Below are positions 46,886 to 61,288 of a stretch of 64,000 nucleotides of DNA, one piece after another. How positions within the stretch are numbered: position 1 is the first letter of the stretch; each line of letters opens with the position of its first letter. Source of the DNA: Zancudomyces culisetae HAW-14-8 (lineage: Eukaryota; Fungi; Kickxellomycota); NCBI GenBank assembly GCA_052426225.1, contig JBNJNM010000011.1:4898001-4962000 (forward strand), in the 5' to 3' direction. Below the pieces are notes generated by a model, which was not told where the DNA came from, did not search any database, and saw nothing but the letters and a program-made list of their open reading frames with translations. A program made the position numbers and the translations under genes.

Positions 46886-47223
46886 AAATGTTTATTACCA
46901 TCAAAATTTTTTGTCTTTCTCAATCTTTTATTTTTGTTTTTTAAACAAATGATGTTCTTGTAGGTATCATGGTCTTAACATTTGTCTCACCCAGCTATTA
47001 ATGTCTATATACACCGATTTTGCACCTTGATATTGCGATTTTTTCTTTTTTTTCTTCTATTTCTTTGATCTCGTGGCAAATGATTCGTGATCTTTTTACA
47101 CAAATTTTTGGTTCAATAAACCCTGGTAAAATTTTTTTGTTTTACAAACCAAAAAATCCAAACACCTCTGCAATTAGTTTTAACTTTTGAATTTAGAAAT
47201 TGAGATACTATACATTAAACACA

Positions 47224-48158
47224 ATGGACAATATCGGTTTACTATCTCGGGGCCAGCAGGTATATACCAAAAAGCGAAAGGCAAAAAAAGATCAAATTGA
47301 AAGTATCGAGTTCGATCCCGCTTCAAGAACGTAAGTCTCGTTGCCATTATTATTATTATTATCGTTTTTAGTTCTGTATAAGAGTTCCAAAAAAGGTATA
47401 TTTGTATTCAGTATTAAATGTAAAATTTTGCACAATAGAGAGTACCTGACCGGTTTTAGAAAACGCAAGTTGGCAAAGAAAGAAACTAAGATCCAGTCGG
47501 CAAAACTTCGAGAAAAAAAGGAAATTCAAGAGTTTAGAAAACAGGTACGTGTTTGTATTGATATACCTATCTCAGTTTACCCTGAAATTGGTAGAGTGCT
47601 TATATGAATCATAAAATTAAATTAGAAAAGAGAAGAGAGGAAGCGGCAATTCCAGCAGGCATTGCTCGAGAATCAATCAAATCTAAGGGAGGATGGTGCA
47701 GAGTCAGAGTCGGGATCAGAATCAGAATCGGAGCCTGTAGATTCAGAAAACGACGAGCCTAAAAGAAAGATTAGAGTTTTGGAATCTGAGAATTCCAAAA
47801 CCACCGTTACTATAATAGAAAACCTCGATTTGGACAATCCTTTGCTATATGACGATTTTAGTTATCAGAACGAAAACGAAAACAAAAAGAGTGGTAATAC
47901 AAAAACAGTAGAACCTTCTAGGAAAAAATCTAAACTTGAAAAATTGATCACACCTCAAGCATTTTTGAAAAAACAGCTAAGAGAAGCAAAATCAAGTGTA
48001 AGTCGTTTTTTCATTTTAAATAGATATCACTATTGAATTCTAGCAACAAAACTAATTCTATTATGGCTACAATATAGGTTGGTAAATTTGATAGTGAATC
48101 CCACTCTGGAAATACGGCTTCTGCCTCTAAAACTTCGAAAAAACCCAAGAAGAAATAA
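47224..48158 (+). CDS. RRP17: Ribosomal RNA-processing protein 17 (Nop25/Nol12 family), 4 exons
   Basis: IEFDPASRT-EYLTGFRKRK signature, followed by a coiled coil, an acidic tract and TTVTI. Confidence 0.85.
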
Positions 48159-48531
48159 TGGTGCTTTTTTTGCTGCTCTGTGTAATAGTAGGAATGGCAA
48201 AAGTACTGAATTAATTTTGCAAATAATAGATGTTTGGACACATTCCAGCATGTCCTGTGCCACCATTTTAATCGTTTATTGTAAATAAAGTAACCGTATA
48301 CCGCATAACGTCCGCATACTTACCCGCTAGTGGTAGTTTAATTTTCTGTGCTGGTAACTCTTTTGCCAAAATTTCCATTTTTAGGCATTTATCAGTGTTT
48401 ATTACTTTGATATTAAGAAAAACAACAGTTAATTATATGTTAAGCAAATATTTTTTAGAATTTGAGCCCAAACTTTCACCAATTAAATAAAAAAAGGTCG
48501 AGGAAGAAGGAGAAAGTGTTGGAGTAAAGAT

Positions 48532-49164
48532 TTAATAAAAGTAGGATGGGTATCCACAGTAAATACTGTGTTTACCATTTTGGCGGCACACAGTTCCAGG
48601 TCCACAGTTGCGGACAATGTAACGTCCATGGTCACACTGCAAATACTTGTTTTTATTAAAGCCAACACATTTGTAGCTGTTTCCATGGCATCTTTTATCA
48701 TGGTGCTTGTCTCCCATCCTTGGTTCATAGTACTGGTTCTCATAGCCACGCTCATAGTTATGCTTCTGGTATTTATCACCAACCTCAGAGCCTTTGTACT
48801 TGCCATATGTATCTGCATATGGATTGTATTCTACACCCTCATACTTGGGTTCCGGAGCTACATATTCACCAGAACGTTTCTGGAATGGGGGATATTCGCT
48901 ACGTTCATGGTCATGTCCATATCCATGTCCATATCCATGCTCATGCTTATCTCCGTACCCATGTTTCTTTGGGTTGAACCATTTACAGCCAAACCAACCA
49001 TAATTTGCATGGCCATGCTCCTTTTCATACCCATAGCCATCTTTTTTGACTGGAGGGATGATCTCCTCCTTTACCTCTGCTACTTTTGCTTTCTCCTCAG
49101 CCATTGAATACATGGAAAGAGCTGAGATTGTGAGCATACCAATGGTGGCTTTTAAAGACGGCAT
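48532..49164 (-). CDS. Secreted His/Gly/Tyr-rich protein with C-terminal Cys-rich putative chitin-binding (CBM19-like) module
   Basis: Hydrophobic signal peptide, GYG/HG repeats, a dibasic KR site and C-terminal CHGNSYKC...YLQCDHGRYIVRNCGPGTVC...CGY. Confidence 0.75.
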   Translation of the reverse strand: MPSLKATIGMLTISALSMYSMAEEKAKVAEVKEEIIPPVKKDGYGYEKEHGHANYGWFGCKWFNPKKHGYGDKHEHGYGHGYGHDHERSEYPPFQKRSGEYVAPEPKYEGVEYNPYADTYGKYKGSEVGDKYQKHNYERGYENQYYEPRMGDKHHDKRCHGNSYKCVGFNKNKYLQCDHGRYIVRNCGPGTVCRQNGKHSIYCGYPSYFY

Positions 49165-49364
49165 TGCTACTTTTAACTGAGTGTTTTGCTTGTTTGTATT
49201 ACTATTTTAGAGTAGTTAGATCATGTATTAGCAAGTTGGCCCCGCAATAAAGTCTACAATCTTTGTAGCTAGTTGTACTTACCTTTAGTCAATTTGCGAC
49301 GACTGCGATACTATTGCTTTTGCTAAGTGTTGTGTTGATGGCATAAGTAGGTATGCTGGCTATC

Positions 49365-49372
49365 TATTTATA
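49365..49372 (-). promoter_or_regulatory. Probable TATA box (TATAAATA) of the secreted-protein gene
   Basis: Consensus TATAWAWR about 200 nt upstream of the ATG at 49164. A GGTAAG donor near 49282 suggests a 5' UTR intron. Confidence 0.5.
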
Positions 49373-50697
49373 TCTTTTTTGCTTCCTCATCCCCTCCCCC
49401 TGCTTCTTACACTTTGTGTCTTGCTATATGCCCTGGATGAAATACATAGACTTCAAAACTATGGAAAAGGCTTTTTTTTTTACTCCAAGCAGTATATAGT
49501 GTATTTAATACGTAGTAACATAGCTTAATAATTACTATGAAATGGCTTTCTCTGTGCATACAATTCATAGATACAGAAAAAAAAGTAAAAAGTTTAAAAG
49601 ATAAAAGTAATGGGTATATATCACAGTATAAGCCAGTTTATTAGGTTGGCTACATGCCTCTGTATAGGGAGGAAAAAGATGTGAGATGAACTTTGTGGTA
49701 AAGTCAGTTTCGTTTATATTTTAAAGAAAAGCTAGCAGTTTAGCACTTTGTTTTTATTTTCATTTGTTGGTGTGTAAACAGTAGCACATACTATTAAAAT
49801 TTGTGTAAAGCAAACATCAGACACTCCCTTGTATTTGGCACTGCTGTATTGACACATTGCGCTCGGAATATCATACTATTCTACTTTGCACGTAACATAC
49901 AAAAAATGCGAGTAGCTAAACAGCAACATGTTATTCGAAAACCACAATCTTATGTAGCCTGGTAATCATGTTTCTCTTGTTTACTGCTTATTTGTTCAAG
50001 AAAAACAGTGTAAATGCAGGCAGTATATCATTCCTTAATAATGTGTATGTACGAATATAACAGCCGAGCTGTAACTAGAGAGAAAGGACTTTGGTGCATT
50101 TTTGAAGTGTTGTATGTAATGGGTGTAGTGTATTGGCTTGTTTTGCAAAAAGCAAAATCCAAACAACGTATTAAATCGTAGCAAAGTAGATAGATTTGAA
50201 TTTGCGCCAAATACCAAAAAAGAAACAGAAAATAGAAAATAGAAAATAGAAAAGGTCTAGTGGCCCTCTTATCAGCACGAATAAATACTGTAATCTTACA
50301 ATCGTTTTCAGTTCTTTATTTTGTGTAGCTGCGAATAATATTAAACTAAAAAAAATTTTACCGTTATCAATTGAAAAAGAAAGGGAAGTTGGAGCAAAAA
50401 AAAAAAAACACAAGGTGGAAATTGAAATGGTGCAAAACAAAAAATGAGGTAGAAAAAAAAAGAAAAATGGGATAACAGAAAAACCTATTAAAAAAAAATA
50501 ACACTTACTATCAATAATTTTACTAATCTCATTAATCTCTTTTTTTTTGTGTTTTAGCTGATTTTTTTTTAAAACCTTTGTTCGATTGTTTGCCGATTCA
50601 TAAAATTTCATTTTAGATTTTAGATGAAAACGAATAGATAAAACAAACGACTATTGAATTTAAATTACAGTAAAGGAGCCAAGGAAAAAAAAACAAG

Positions 50698-51809
50698 ATG
50701 AACTTTTCAAAGGTACTAAGTAACAAGACATTCTATACTGCACCAGCCACAAAGCAGTTGTTCAAATCGGCATTCCCCAATTCAGGTAAAGTAGTTGACG
50801 TGAATAATACTAGTAATAGCCAAATTACTTTTGGTGGTAAAAAAAATATGTTGAATGCAACCAAATACACAGGTAAATTTTATAAATCAAGCATTAGAAT
50901 ATTCCAGATAGATTGAGGTGAAAGCCTTTCTTTTTCAATGTATTTTGAATTTGTTGGTTGTGTGAAATGTGTACAAATATTGTATGGAGGAGGAGGAGGA
51001 GGAGGGAGAGAGGGAGATTTTGTGAAGGAGATGAGAGAAAGGGTTTATTTCTAATCTTAGATGGAACTGAATGAAGAGAAAAATTAAAAATAATAAATGG
51101 AAGAGGAAATAAAGATATTCGAACAACTTGTCAATAACAAAAGGGTATAAAAACATACTAATCGAAACAAACTAAAATAAAACAAAAAATAGCAAAGGCA
51201 ACCGGAATAGTTGCTCAACGCAGATACGGTAGTTACGCCTCAGGACCAGGATCCAGTAAAGTTCCATCATTCGGAGGGTATGCAAAGAGCGATGCCGAAG
51301 GAAGTACTGATCGTTCAAGAGTATTCAGCTACTTCATGTTGGGAGCAACTGGAGCCGTTGTTACAGCAGCAGCACAAAACTCAGTACATGAGTTTTTGGT
51401 AAATATGGCAGCATCAGCAGACGTATTGGCAGTGTCCAAGATTGAAGTTGATTTGGCCAAGATTCCAGTAGGTAGTTCAGTAACACTCAAGTGGAGAGGC
51501 AAGCCAGTGTTTGTGCGCCACCGTACACAAGAACAAATTGAACTTTCAAGAAGTGTCAATGTGGCTTCTCTGATTGATCCACAAAATGATGCGGACAGAG
51601 TCAAGATCCCAGAATGGTTGGTAGTTGTTGGTATTTGTACACATCTGGGATGTGTTCCAATTAAAGATTCAGGAGAGTTTGGCGCATACTACTGCCCATG
51701 CCACGGATCCCACTATGACTACTCTGGAAGAATCCGTAAGGGACCAGCACCATTGAACTTGGAGGTACCAGATTACAGTATTGATGGAAACATATTGACA
51801 GTTGGATAA
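50698..51809 (+). CDS. RIP1: Cytochrome bc1 Rieske iron-sulfur protein, 2 exons
   Basis: Exons 50698-50872 and 51193-51809. Rieske boxes CTHLGCVP and CPCHGSHYD, plus SADVLA, KWRGKPVFVRHRT and GPAPLNLEVP. Confidence 0.98.
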
Positions 51810-52178
51810 ATAGGGTTTGGGTTTTTTTACTTTATTCTATTTTTATTTATAACTCCCTCCCCCTTCCATTCTTAGTTTTCTTTTTATTCTTTGGTTTTTT
51901 TTTTCAGTAGTGAATGGATCAAAACATACTACAAGTTCTCACACAACCCAATTTGGTCCAACTAAAAGACAATTTATTATTTATTTGATTAATAAAACAC
52001 TATCTCATTTACTAAGCTAAAAGTAATCCAAAAAGATAGAGCAGAGGAATATAATTGATAATTGTTACAAGTCTATTCATAGATGCAGATATACAAAAAG
52101 AGCATCTCAAGAAAAAGAGCAAATGAAAAACAGATATGAAAGCAGGAACGAGGAAAGGAGGATATGAAAAAAAAAGAG

Positions 52179-53503
52179 TTATTTTTTCAACGCATTGCTC
52201 TTTGGTGGAAGGTCAATACCACTCATAGCAGCCTCAATCAAATATCTATAATGCATGTTTAATGAAAACCCACCAGCCAAAGCATTGTTTGAAAAGGCAG
52301 GTTTAATAGCCGGATTTCCATCGACGTAGTGGGGTTTAATGGAATCAATGTACTTTGGTTTATTGTAACAGTGTAGAAATGGATCAACTTCCACATTCTC
52401 GTCATCAGAATTGGAAGCAAAAGCAGAAGCAGACGTGGTGGATTTGGCTAGTGGATTGAAATACCCACCAGCGCCACTGATACCAGTAGATACACGTCCT
52501 TGGGTGGTGTGTGAAGATGATGCTGCTGACTTTCTCAGTGAACTAGCAGCGTTTTCCAAAAGTATATCCTTGGCGTCCTTATCACTATTCGCCTATAAAT
52601 ACATAAATATGTGTTAATACAAGTCTTTTGACTTGGTATAATTTTGCTATTATTATTATTACTATTTAAAGATAAATAGCACTTATTTAAGGTTATATAT
52701 AATGTGGGTGTCAAGACAAGTTATTTTTATTACCAATTGGTTTATTAAATCTAGTTTGGCCTTTTTCTTTGATTCTTTTTCTGAATGTAGTAGATTCAAG
52801 TATTCGGATTTAGATTTGTTTTTAGCAGCATAGATTTGTTGCTGTTTTAAGGTATAGAGTTTGTTTTCCCTATTCTATTTTGGTATTTACCGTGCAAATT
52901 TAACATTGTTAGAAAAGAATAAAAGTATTGTTCAAAAAAAGTATATATAACTGGCATGATTATAAGTGTTTCTTTTTTCTTTTTTCTTTTAAAAAAAATA
53001 AAGTCAAAAAAAAAAACAAGAAAAAGTACCTGCAAGTTCAAGTTATGTTGGATAGATGTTTTATTCTCATTCATGTATTTAGCGAGCATCAATTCTGTTT
53101 CCTGGGAATCAATGTTATTCACCAATTTAAAAGTAATATCCTCGACAAATTCCAAATAGTTATTATAATCCAGCAAGCTTGCAAATTCGCGTTGTTGTTT
53201 ATTAAAAATTCTTGATAGTCGTTGACGCACACGAATTTCTCTTTCTACAGTCAAGTCTTCAAAGATTTGCTGGTAGAAATTGGCTCTACGTAGAATTTGG
53301 TTACATCCAGGGATGGGACAAGGCGCTGGACCCATAGAGTATAATCTTTCGATACAGGCTGAACACATTTTGTGATAACAGGGAGTAATGAATAGCTTCA
53401 TTTGCAGATTAAGGTACCGATCGCTTCGACAAACTGGGCACACATCGTTGTCCGCTATGTAGGGAGGAATGTTTTGTTTGTTGGCTTCCCATAATGTGTC
53501 CAT
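52179..53503 (-). CDS. TFB3: TFIIH/CAK assembly factor MAT1 (Tfb3), 3 exons
   Basis: RING CPVCRSDRYLN...CYHKMCSACI...CPIPGC, FEDLTVEREIRVR and YNNYLE, with C-terminal ALAGGF...RYLIEAAMSG. Confidence 0.93.
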
Positions 53504-53890
53504 TGCTTATGTATTTCTTTTACAAGTAGTTGTTTTCTACAAAGTCAAAAAAAAAAGAGAAATGGAAGAAATAGAGATAGAGATAGAGATACAGAGAAAA
53601 AAGTTGTGAGGGGAAAAAGTGAGATTTGATATTGTTTATTTTACAAGATGATTGGGGTTTTATTTTTCCATTATAATAATTTAAACAACAATAAAAAGCA
53701 ATTAAAAATTATATATAATACTCATTTTAGGATTACTAATCACAAATTAATGAGCATAAATAACTGAACCACACTTTTTTTTTTAGCACTGTTGAGTTTA
53801 ATTTTTCTTTTTTTAATATTAGCCATTAAAATTATAAAAGATGAAAATGAACGAAAATGGACAACAATAAAAAGATAGTTTAGAACGAAA

Positions 53891-56800
53891 CTAAGCAAAA
53901 CAAAAACTAGATAATCTTTGTAAACCTCTAATCTTTGAGATGGTCAGGACATCATCATCGCTACTAGATACCATGTCACAAAGCTCGTCTAGAGTATCAG
54001 AAAGATGCAATTTTAGAGCAGCCACTCTGGTATTGAAGTTAGGGTCAGATGCGCACTTGGTCTTTAGGTATGCAGTATTGGACTTGATGGCCTTCAACAA
54101 CACATCCAGAGTCGAAATAAATGTAGAAATGTTAGAGTATGCTAAACCAGCATCAGAAGTTAGCTTGGCGGCTAGAATTGTAATGCTAGCAATATCGGTA
54201 GTAGGATCGAAGTCGGGCTTTTTGGTAGAGAGGTAATCATAAAGAGACTGAGAAGGAGGTGAAGAATCAAGTAAAAACGAGTCAGTAGATTTGTCCTTGG
54301 AGTCCCTGGATTTGATCTTGAATTTGGAAGAAGTATTGACATGAGAATTGATGGAGGAAGGTGGGTTACTTGGAGAAGCAGGTTCGGCAGAAGCAGAGAG
54401 CTGAGACTTTTTGTATGATTGTTGTTGAAGTTGTTGCTGAGGAGGAGAAACAGTCACAGAGTATGAGTTGGGAGTAGAAGCCATAGCGAGCTTGGAGGTG
54501 TTGTCAAGGTAGAAGGAGCGGATCTGGTTGACCATTTCAGAAGTTGCCCGTGAGTATGCAGGAATCAATACTGAGCGTATGGATTCAGATACAGTTGCCT
54601 CGATGTGGTCACGAACCATTGCTGAAAGTGACTGGGCAACTGAGTCGGCAACGGATTGTTTAAACTCTGGAGAGTTAAGAACAGCATTGACAGAAGACTG
54701 GATAATGTGGGCATAGTTGTCGGGAGGAGGAAGGGTATGTTGTTGTGGTTGAAGGGGATGCATAATTGGCTGATGTGGCTGATGATGAAGGATTGGATGA
54801 AGATCCTGATGGTGAGGGATTTGCTGGTGTGAGTGAGCGACAGCAAGATCAGCAACAATATTGTTGCTAGGAACAGTGTTGGCAGGAGGAGCAGTGTCAC
54901 GAGCAGAATCGAACAAAAGCAAATTGAATTGCTGAATCGACTTGGAATAGACACAGTACAATTCAAGGCCAACTCCAAAAGTAGGTTTGAAGTTGGAATC
55001 AAGAGCCAACGGAATGGCCTCCATTGACACAAGAGAGTCATTGACCTTTGGTTTGAACTCTATCTGGTCAGTACTGAACGTAAGGCTACTGTTACTTGTA
55101 CCAGGTTTGGATGTTGATACCAAGGAAACCGCCACAAATAAAGTATGGCTACTATTAGCAACTACAACGGTGCGTGTTGCATCATCATACACAGCAACCG
55201 CATGCTCATCATCAGAAGCCTTTGTACTTAGAGTTTGGATAATTGCAGAGTCGTCTTCATGTACACCCATCCATACCAAATCAATTGCAGAATGGCCTGT
55301 ACGTGACACAACAAGGTATCCACCTTGTGTATCATCATGTGGATGAGGTGTCACAGCATGGATCCAGTCAACAGAAACACGCTCATTATCTGAAGACAAC
55401 GAAAGAACTCGCACAGGCTTGCCTGCTTGAATTTCGTTGTTGTTGGTAATATGGACGGTACACTTAAGCAGCGTGCCATTTGCTTTGACAATAAGCAGTT
55501 GATTGGAGTGCTGTACCCAGGCTACTCGCTGGATCTTGGAATCAATAGAAATCTGCTTGGTTGCAACAATCGCTGGTCCATTCGCTACCAGCAAATCAAC
55601 GCTGCGCTCCCCAACCACAACTAATACTGGCCCCTGCTTGTGTGGCTCGTCGCTTGTAGACATTGTAATCCACTCAATCTGTTGTACCGTCTGGTCCATT
55701 TTGATTTTTTGGTGTGCAAACGTCGGTGACACTTCCCACACAATCACAACATTATCTTTGTCTGTGCTAGCCACCAGCTGGTTGTTGTGTATCTGAATAT
55801 CCCGTACATCATTTTCGTGTCCCTTAAAAAGCTCTGTAGCTCCATTTGCTTTATCAATGATTCGGATATCTCCCAATTTCTTACCATAGCATATATACCG
55901 TTCGCTAACTCCCAATGCCCTTGTTGTGCCGCTGTTGGCATTCGCATCGTTGCTATTGCTAGGCATTGATGTTGCCACTAGTGCTATAGGAACAGACTCT
56001 ACCTCCACTGGTGCCTTACCACTCTGTCCTTTCTTTTCCCCTCCATATCTGATTTGGTAACTGTTTTCCTTGCGGTTGGCTGCCACTACCTTCTTCTTGG
56101 CTACCTCTGCCTTCTTTTCTTTACCTTCACCATTGCTTTTTTTCTTTGTCTTTACACTGTTTTGACTCACACCACTTAGTTCCTCATATGTATCACTGTC
56201 TATTTCTGTCAAATTACCCTTCATAATTTCTGCAAACAAATCTCTTGGTCCCTCAGCTTCTACCCTTACTTCCCCTTTCTCTCCTTCTCGCTCATTTTTA
56301 TTCGAATGCTGTGCACTACTATCACTATCTGTTCTATTCATTTGCTTTGCTCTTAGCTTTCTACCCTCCTTCTCTCTCTCCCTATCCTTTTCTTTTCCTA
56401 CTTTTCTCTTTGTCTCTCCTATAGACACATCTTCCTCTGAGCCTACTTTGGCCTTGGTTCTTGTCCTCGGCTTTTCTTGCTGCTGTTTCTGTTGCTGTTT
56501 CTGCTTCTGTTGTTGCTGTTGTTGTTGTTGCTGTAACAGCTGATCACTACCATTCGTTTCTTGTTGAGAACTTTTTACAAACATCTTTATAAAATCAAAT
56601 GGCGTTGTTACCACCTCTTCGCTACTTCCTGTAATTTTTGGCGTTGCTTTGTGCTCTATGCCTTCATTCTCCTTCTCCTTCTCTTGCTCTTGTTCCTTTC
56701 CTGCCCTTTTCCTCCTACTTTCCTTTTCGGCATTTGAAAGCATGGTTAGCACATTGATTCCGGAGACTGTTGGCTCATCGGATGAAATCTTTGGTGTACT

Positions 56801-57142
56801 GTCATTCTTTCCTTTTCCTCCAACATTTTCACTATCGCCGTTCTTTTTATTGCCTATATTACTAGCACTGGTTGGTGGAAATGTAGCTCCCGAATTTCCT
56901 GTATTAGGAGTCTTTGTTGTCCTTGGTGTTTTTTGGCCTTTTATAGTAGCTGGTTTGTTTTGAATACCTTCCTTTTCTTTCTCTTTCTCTTTCCTTTCAG
57001 CTCCAACTTTGGATTCTGGTTCGGTCATCAGACTTTCCTTTTGCTCCTGTTCGGGTTTTGGTTCAGCCTCGGGTTGTGCGGTGGGGGCTGAAAGATTGAA
57101 CATGTTCAGTAGACTCTTTATTCTTTCTTTATCTGAATCCAT
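53891..57142 (-). CDS. EDC4: Enhancer of mRNA decapping 4 (EDC4/Ge-1/Pdc1)-like WD40 scaffold
   Basis: WD40 start VSERYICYGKKLGDIRII...LFKGHENDVRDI...VIVWEV and helical motif SVLIPAYSRATSEMVNQI, both typical of EDC4/Varicose. Long charged N-terminal extension. Confidence 0.72.
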   Translation of the reverse strand: MDSDKERIKSLLNMFNLSAPTAQPEAEPKPEQEQKESLMTEPESKVGAERKEKEKEKEGIQNKPATIKGQKTPRTTKTPNTGNSGATFPPTSASNIGNKKNGDSENVGGKGKNDSTPKISSDEPTVSGINVLTMLSNAEKESRRKRAGKEQEQEKEKENEGIEHKATPKITGSSEEVVTTPFDFIKMFVKSSQQETNGSDQLLQQQQQQQQQKQKQQQKQQQEKPRTRTKAKVGSEEDVSIGETKRKVGKEKDREREKEGRKLRAKQMNRTDSDSSAQHSNKNEREGEKGEVRVEAEGPRDLFAEIMKGNLTEIDSDTYEELSGVSQNSVKTKKKSNGEGKEKKAEVAKKKVVAANRKENSYQIRYGGEKKGQSGKAPVEVESVPIALVATSMPSNSNDANANSGTTRALGVSERYICYGKKLGDIRIIDKANGATELFKGHENDVRDIQIHNNQLVASTDKDNVVIVWEVSPTFAHQKIKMDQTVQQIEWITMSTSDEPHKQGPVLVVVGERSVDLLVANGPAIVATKQISIDSKIQRVAWVQHSNQLLIVKANGTLLKCTVHITNNNEIQAGKPVRVLSLSSDNERVSVDWIHAVTPHPHDDTQGGYLVVSRTGHSAIDLVWMGVHEDDSAIIQTLSTKASDDEHAVAVYDDATRTVVVANSSHTLFVAVSLVSTSKPGTSNSSLTFSTDQIEFKPKVNDSLVSMEAIPLALDSNFKPTFGVGLELYCVYSKSIQQFNLLLFDSARDTAPPANTVPSNNIVADLAVAHSHQQIPHHQDLHPILHHQPHQPIMHPLQPQQHTLPPPDNYAHIIQSSVNAVLNSPEFKQSVADSVAQSLSAMVRDHIEATVSESIRSVLIPAYSRATSEMVNQIRSFYLDNTSKLAMASTPNSYSVTVSPPQQQLQQQSYKKSQLSASAEPASPSNPPSSINSHVNTSSKFKIKSRDSKDKSTDSFLLDSSPPSQSLYDYLSTKKPDFDPTTDIASITILAAKLTSDAGLAYSNISTFISTLDVLLKAIKSNTAYLKTKCASDPNFNTRVAALKLHLSDTLDELCDMVSSSDDDVLTISKIRGLQRLSSFCFA

Positions 57143-58420
57143 TTCTTCGACTATTCACAGAAAAAAAAAAGATTAATTTTACAATCTAGTATTTGTTGCT
57201 TTCCTTATTGTCGGAACTTGACTTTTTTATTTTATTCTTTTAATGTGTTTATTTTTTTTGCCGCTTTGGTGTTTATTTATGTAACAAAGTATTAAAATAA
57301 GTAATAATAACAAGCCTGGTTTGTTGATTATTTAATTCTTGACTTTACTCTCTCCCTGGCCCAACATCTCCTCTATCCCCCTCCCCCTCCCCCCCCCTCC
57401 CCCAGCCTCCTTATTCATTCTCCTTAATTTTTGCCCCTCACCTTCCCCAAAATTTAGGCTTTTTCTGTCCAAAATCTCCGATTATTTGCTTATTTTTGGA
57501 AAATCTCCATATTTAAAACAACAATTGAATGCGTAAGTGGAGCTATTTTTCAAGAGGAAAAAAAAAGGAAAATCCCAATGGCTATCATATATTGAAAAAC
57601 ATGTTCCTGCACCTTCCTTACCGCTATCTCTATCTGTACCTCTACCTCTACCTCTAATCCTACCTGTACCATATACACACTACCTCTTTCTATCACTCTT
57701 TATCACTTTTTTGCTACCAGACTTTACTGCATCATCCCCTCCAAACTATTCTGCATATTTTTTTTATCTCTATCACTCAATTGTACATTGTTCAATCCTT
57801 TCATTTATCAAACCACGAGTTTTTTATAAACCATAATATTTTACTACATCTTTCTCTTATGTTTTAGTTTGGATAGTAGCAACATCTACTACTATTCACA
57901 GCATCTTAACAAGATGCACCTAGTACACATATATCTTTTTTTTACCAGCAAAAGTGGATAATGCAGGTTTCTCTTGCAAATTATCCTCCAAACCTGCTCC
58001 AAATTCTTGTTTTCCAAGCCATATTGTGCAGTTTTACTGGCTTTTGCTTTCTTAAATTCCTACCTACATCAGCTCAATTTTTAATGGCTCATAAAAATAA
58101 ATTGTAAAAAAAAAATTTTTTTTTATTGCACTATTTCCTGCACTCATTTACTATGGTCTCGATTTTTTTTTTCTCGCTATTTTCTGATGTTTTTATTTTA
58201 TTTACTAATACTTTTTTATTTCTTACTGATCGTATAAAGAAATTTTATCCACAAAAAATTCAACGCGCTTGGAGAAAGAAAAAGAAAAAAAATACTATTT
58301 TTTCTAGCTTTTGTTGTCACAGCTCAATAACCCTCATATATTCTTTATATTTTATCATTCTAGCTACTTGGAATCAATAGCCCCTTGGTCAGTCTAAATA
58401 TACAACTGTAAACATATAAA

Positions 58421-60060
<1,640 letters not shown>

Positions 60061-60176
60061 TTTCCTTTTATACCGTTAATATCATTTTGAGTTTATTTAC
60101 TGTTTACTATTTACCAACAATGTTTGAATATATACTTGAATTGCTATAATATAATAAATTTTTATTCTGCTTTTAT

Positions 60177-60620
60177 TTATATTGGCTCTAAGGCCTCCAT
60201 CGAGACTATGCTATTTCCTCTGATGACCTATTTATACATATATACCATTTCATTAATATGTTTCAGGTCAAGAATAAAAATAGCTCTATTTTTTGTCTAC
60301 TTGGTAAAATCATAATCCAGCATGTCAAGTCAGATTGCAAATACAATAAAGAAAATAATAAAAATAAAGAAAATAATAAAAATAATAAAAATAATAAAAG
60401 ACTGGTTAGTTTCCTGCTGACTTACCGTTGAGCCCACAAATTTATTTTCTGTCCTTTGTTCTTTGTTGTCAACAACAATTTCAGAGACATCGTCCATCAC
60501 TATGTTCATAAATGCATCATATCCTCGCAATACTCCAGCCACTTGTCTGTTACCATTCAGTTTGATGGTCAGCTTTTTGTCCATATACTTTTTTAATTCT
60601 GGTATTCTAGCCTTACTCAT
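60177..60620 (-). CDS. SMX2: Small nuclear ribonucleoprotein Sm G, 2 exons
   Basis: Exons 60620-60426 and 60227-60177. [31 protein letters not shown]...[14 protein letters not shown]. Confidence 0.94.
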
Positions 60621-61288
60621 CTTTCTTTCTTGATGTTTGTTATAGTTTTTTCGTTTATCGAGTTGATATTATACAATAAAGAAATGTGGATTGTTTGATT
60701 CCTTTTCTTTTCTCAGTATCCAAGTTTAATATTTAATATAAATAACAAGCAAACTTGGACACGAAATTCGGGCTTAATTAGCGAATAAAAAAAATTTTTT
60801 TTGGGCCAGTACTTTTTTTTTTGCTGGTATAATCCCTATGCAAATTTATTAACAGTACTTTAAAACACTAATTAAAAGAACAACAGTATTGAGCTTTGCA
60901 TCTATTACTCGCGCCCATTCTACATCCTAACTCTTGTACTTTGGTAGAAATCCAAGCTCATATGCTAAGCATCGATTTATAAATGATCCATCTGCACAAA
61001 GTATTGTTCCCTTCTTTACCTACCAACTTTGCGTTCACATGTATGACACCAAAACATAAATCGAAATGGTTGAAAAAAAAAAACGGGTGCCAGGAAAGGC
61101 TTCAAGTTAAAAATAAAAAGTACTTTATTGGATCTCTTTTTTCATAATCATACTGCTAACAAACATAACTCAAGCAGATAAACAATAATAATAACAGTGA
61201 GAAAAAAAAGATAAACTACACCAAAAGCAAAAAAATAGAGAATTAATTAAATAGTACTCATCAAGCCAAGTTTACCCCCCACGTCGGT

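Noticed and set aside
20901-57142. Apparent functional clustering (PSD1 with a Ups lipid carrier; NOT1 with EDC4; respiratory subunits)
   Set aside because: The genes are tens of kb apart and interleaved with unrelated housekeeping genes, as expected by chance in a compact genome.
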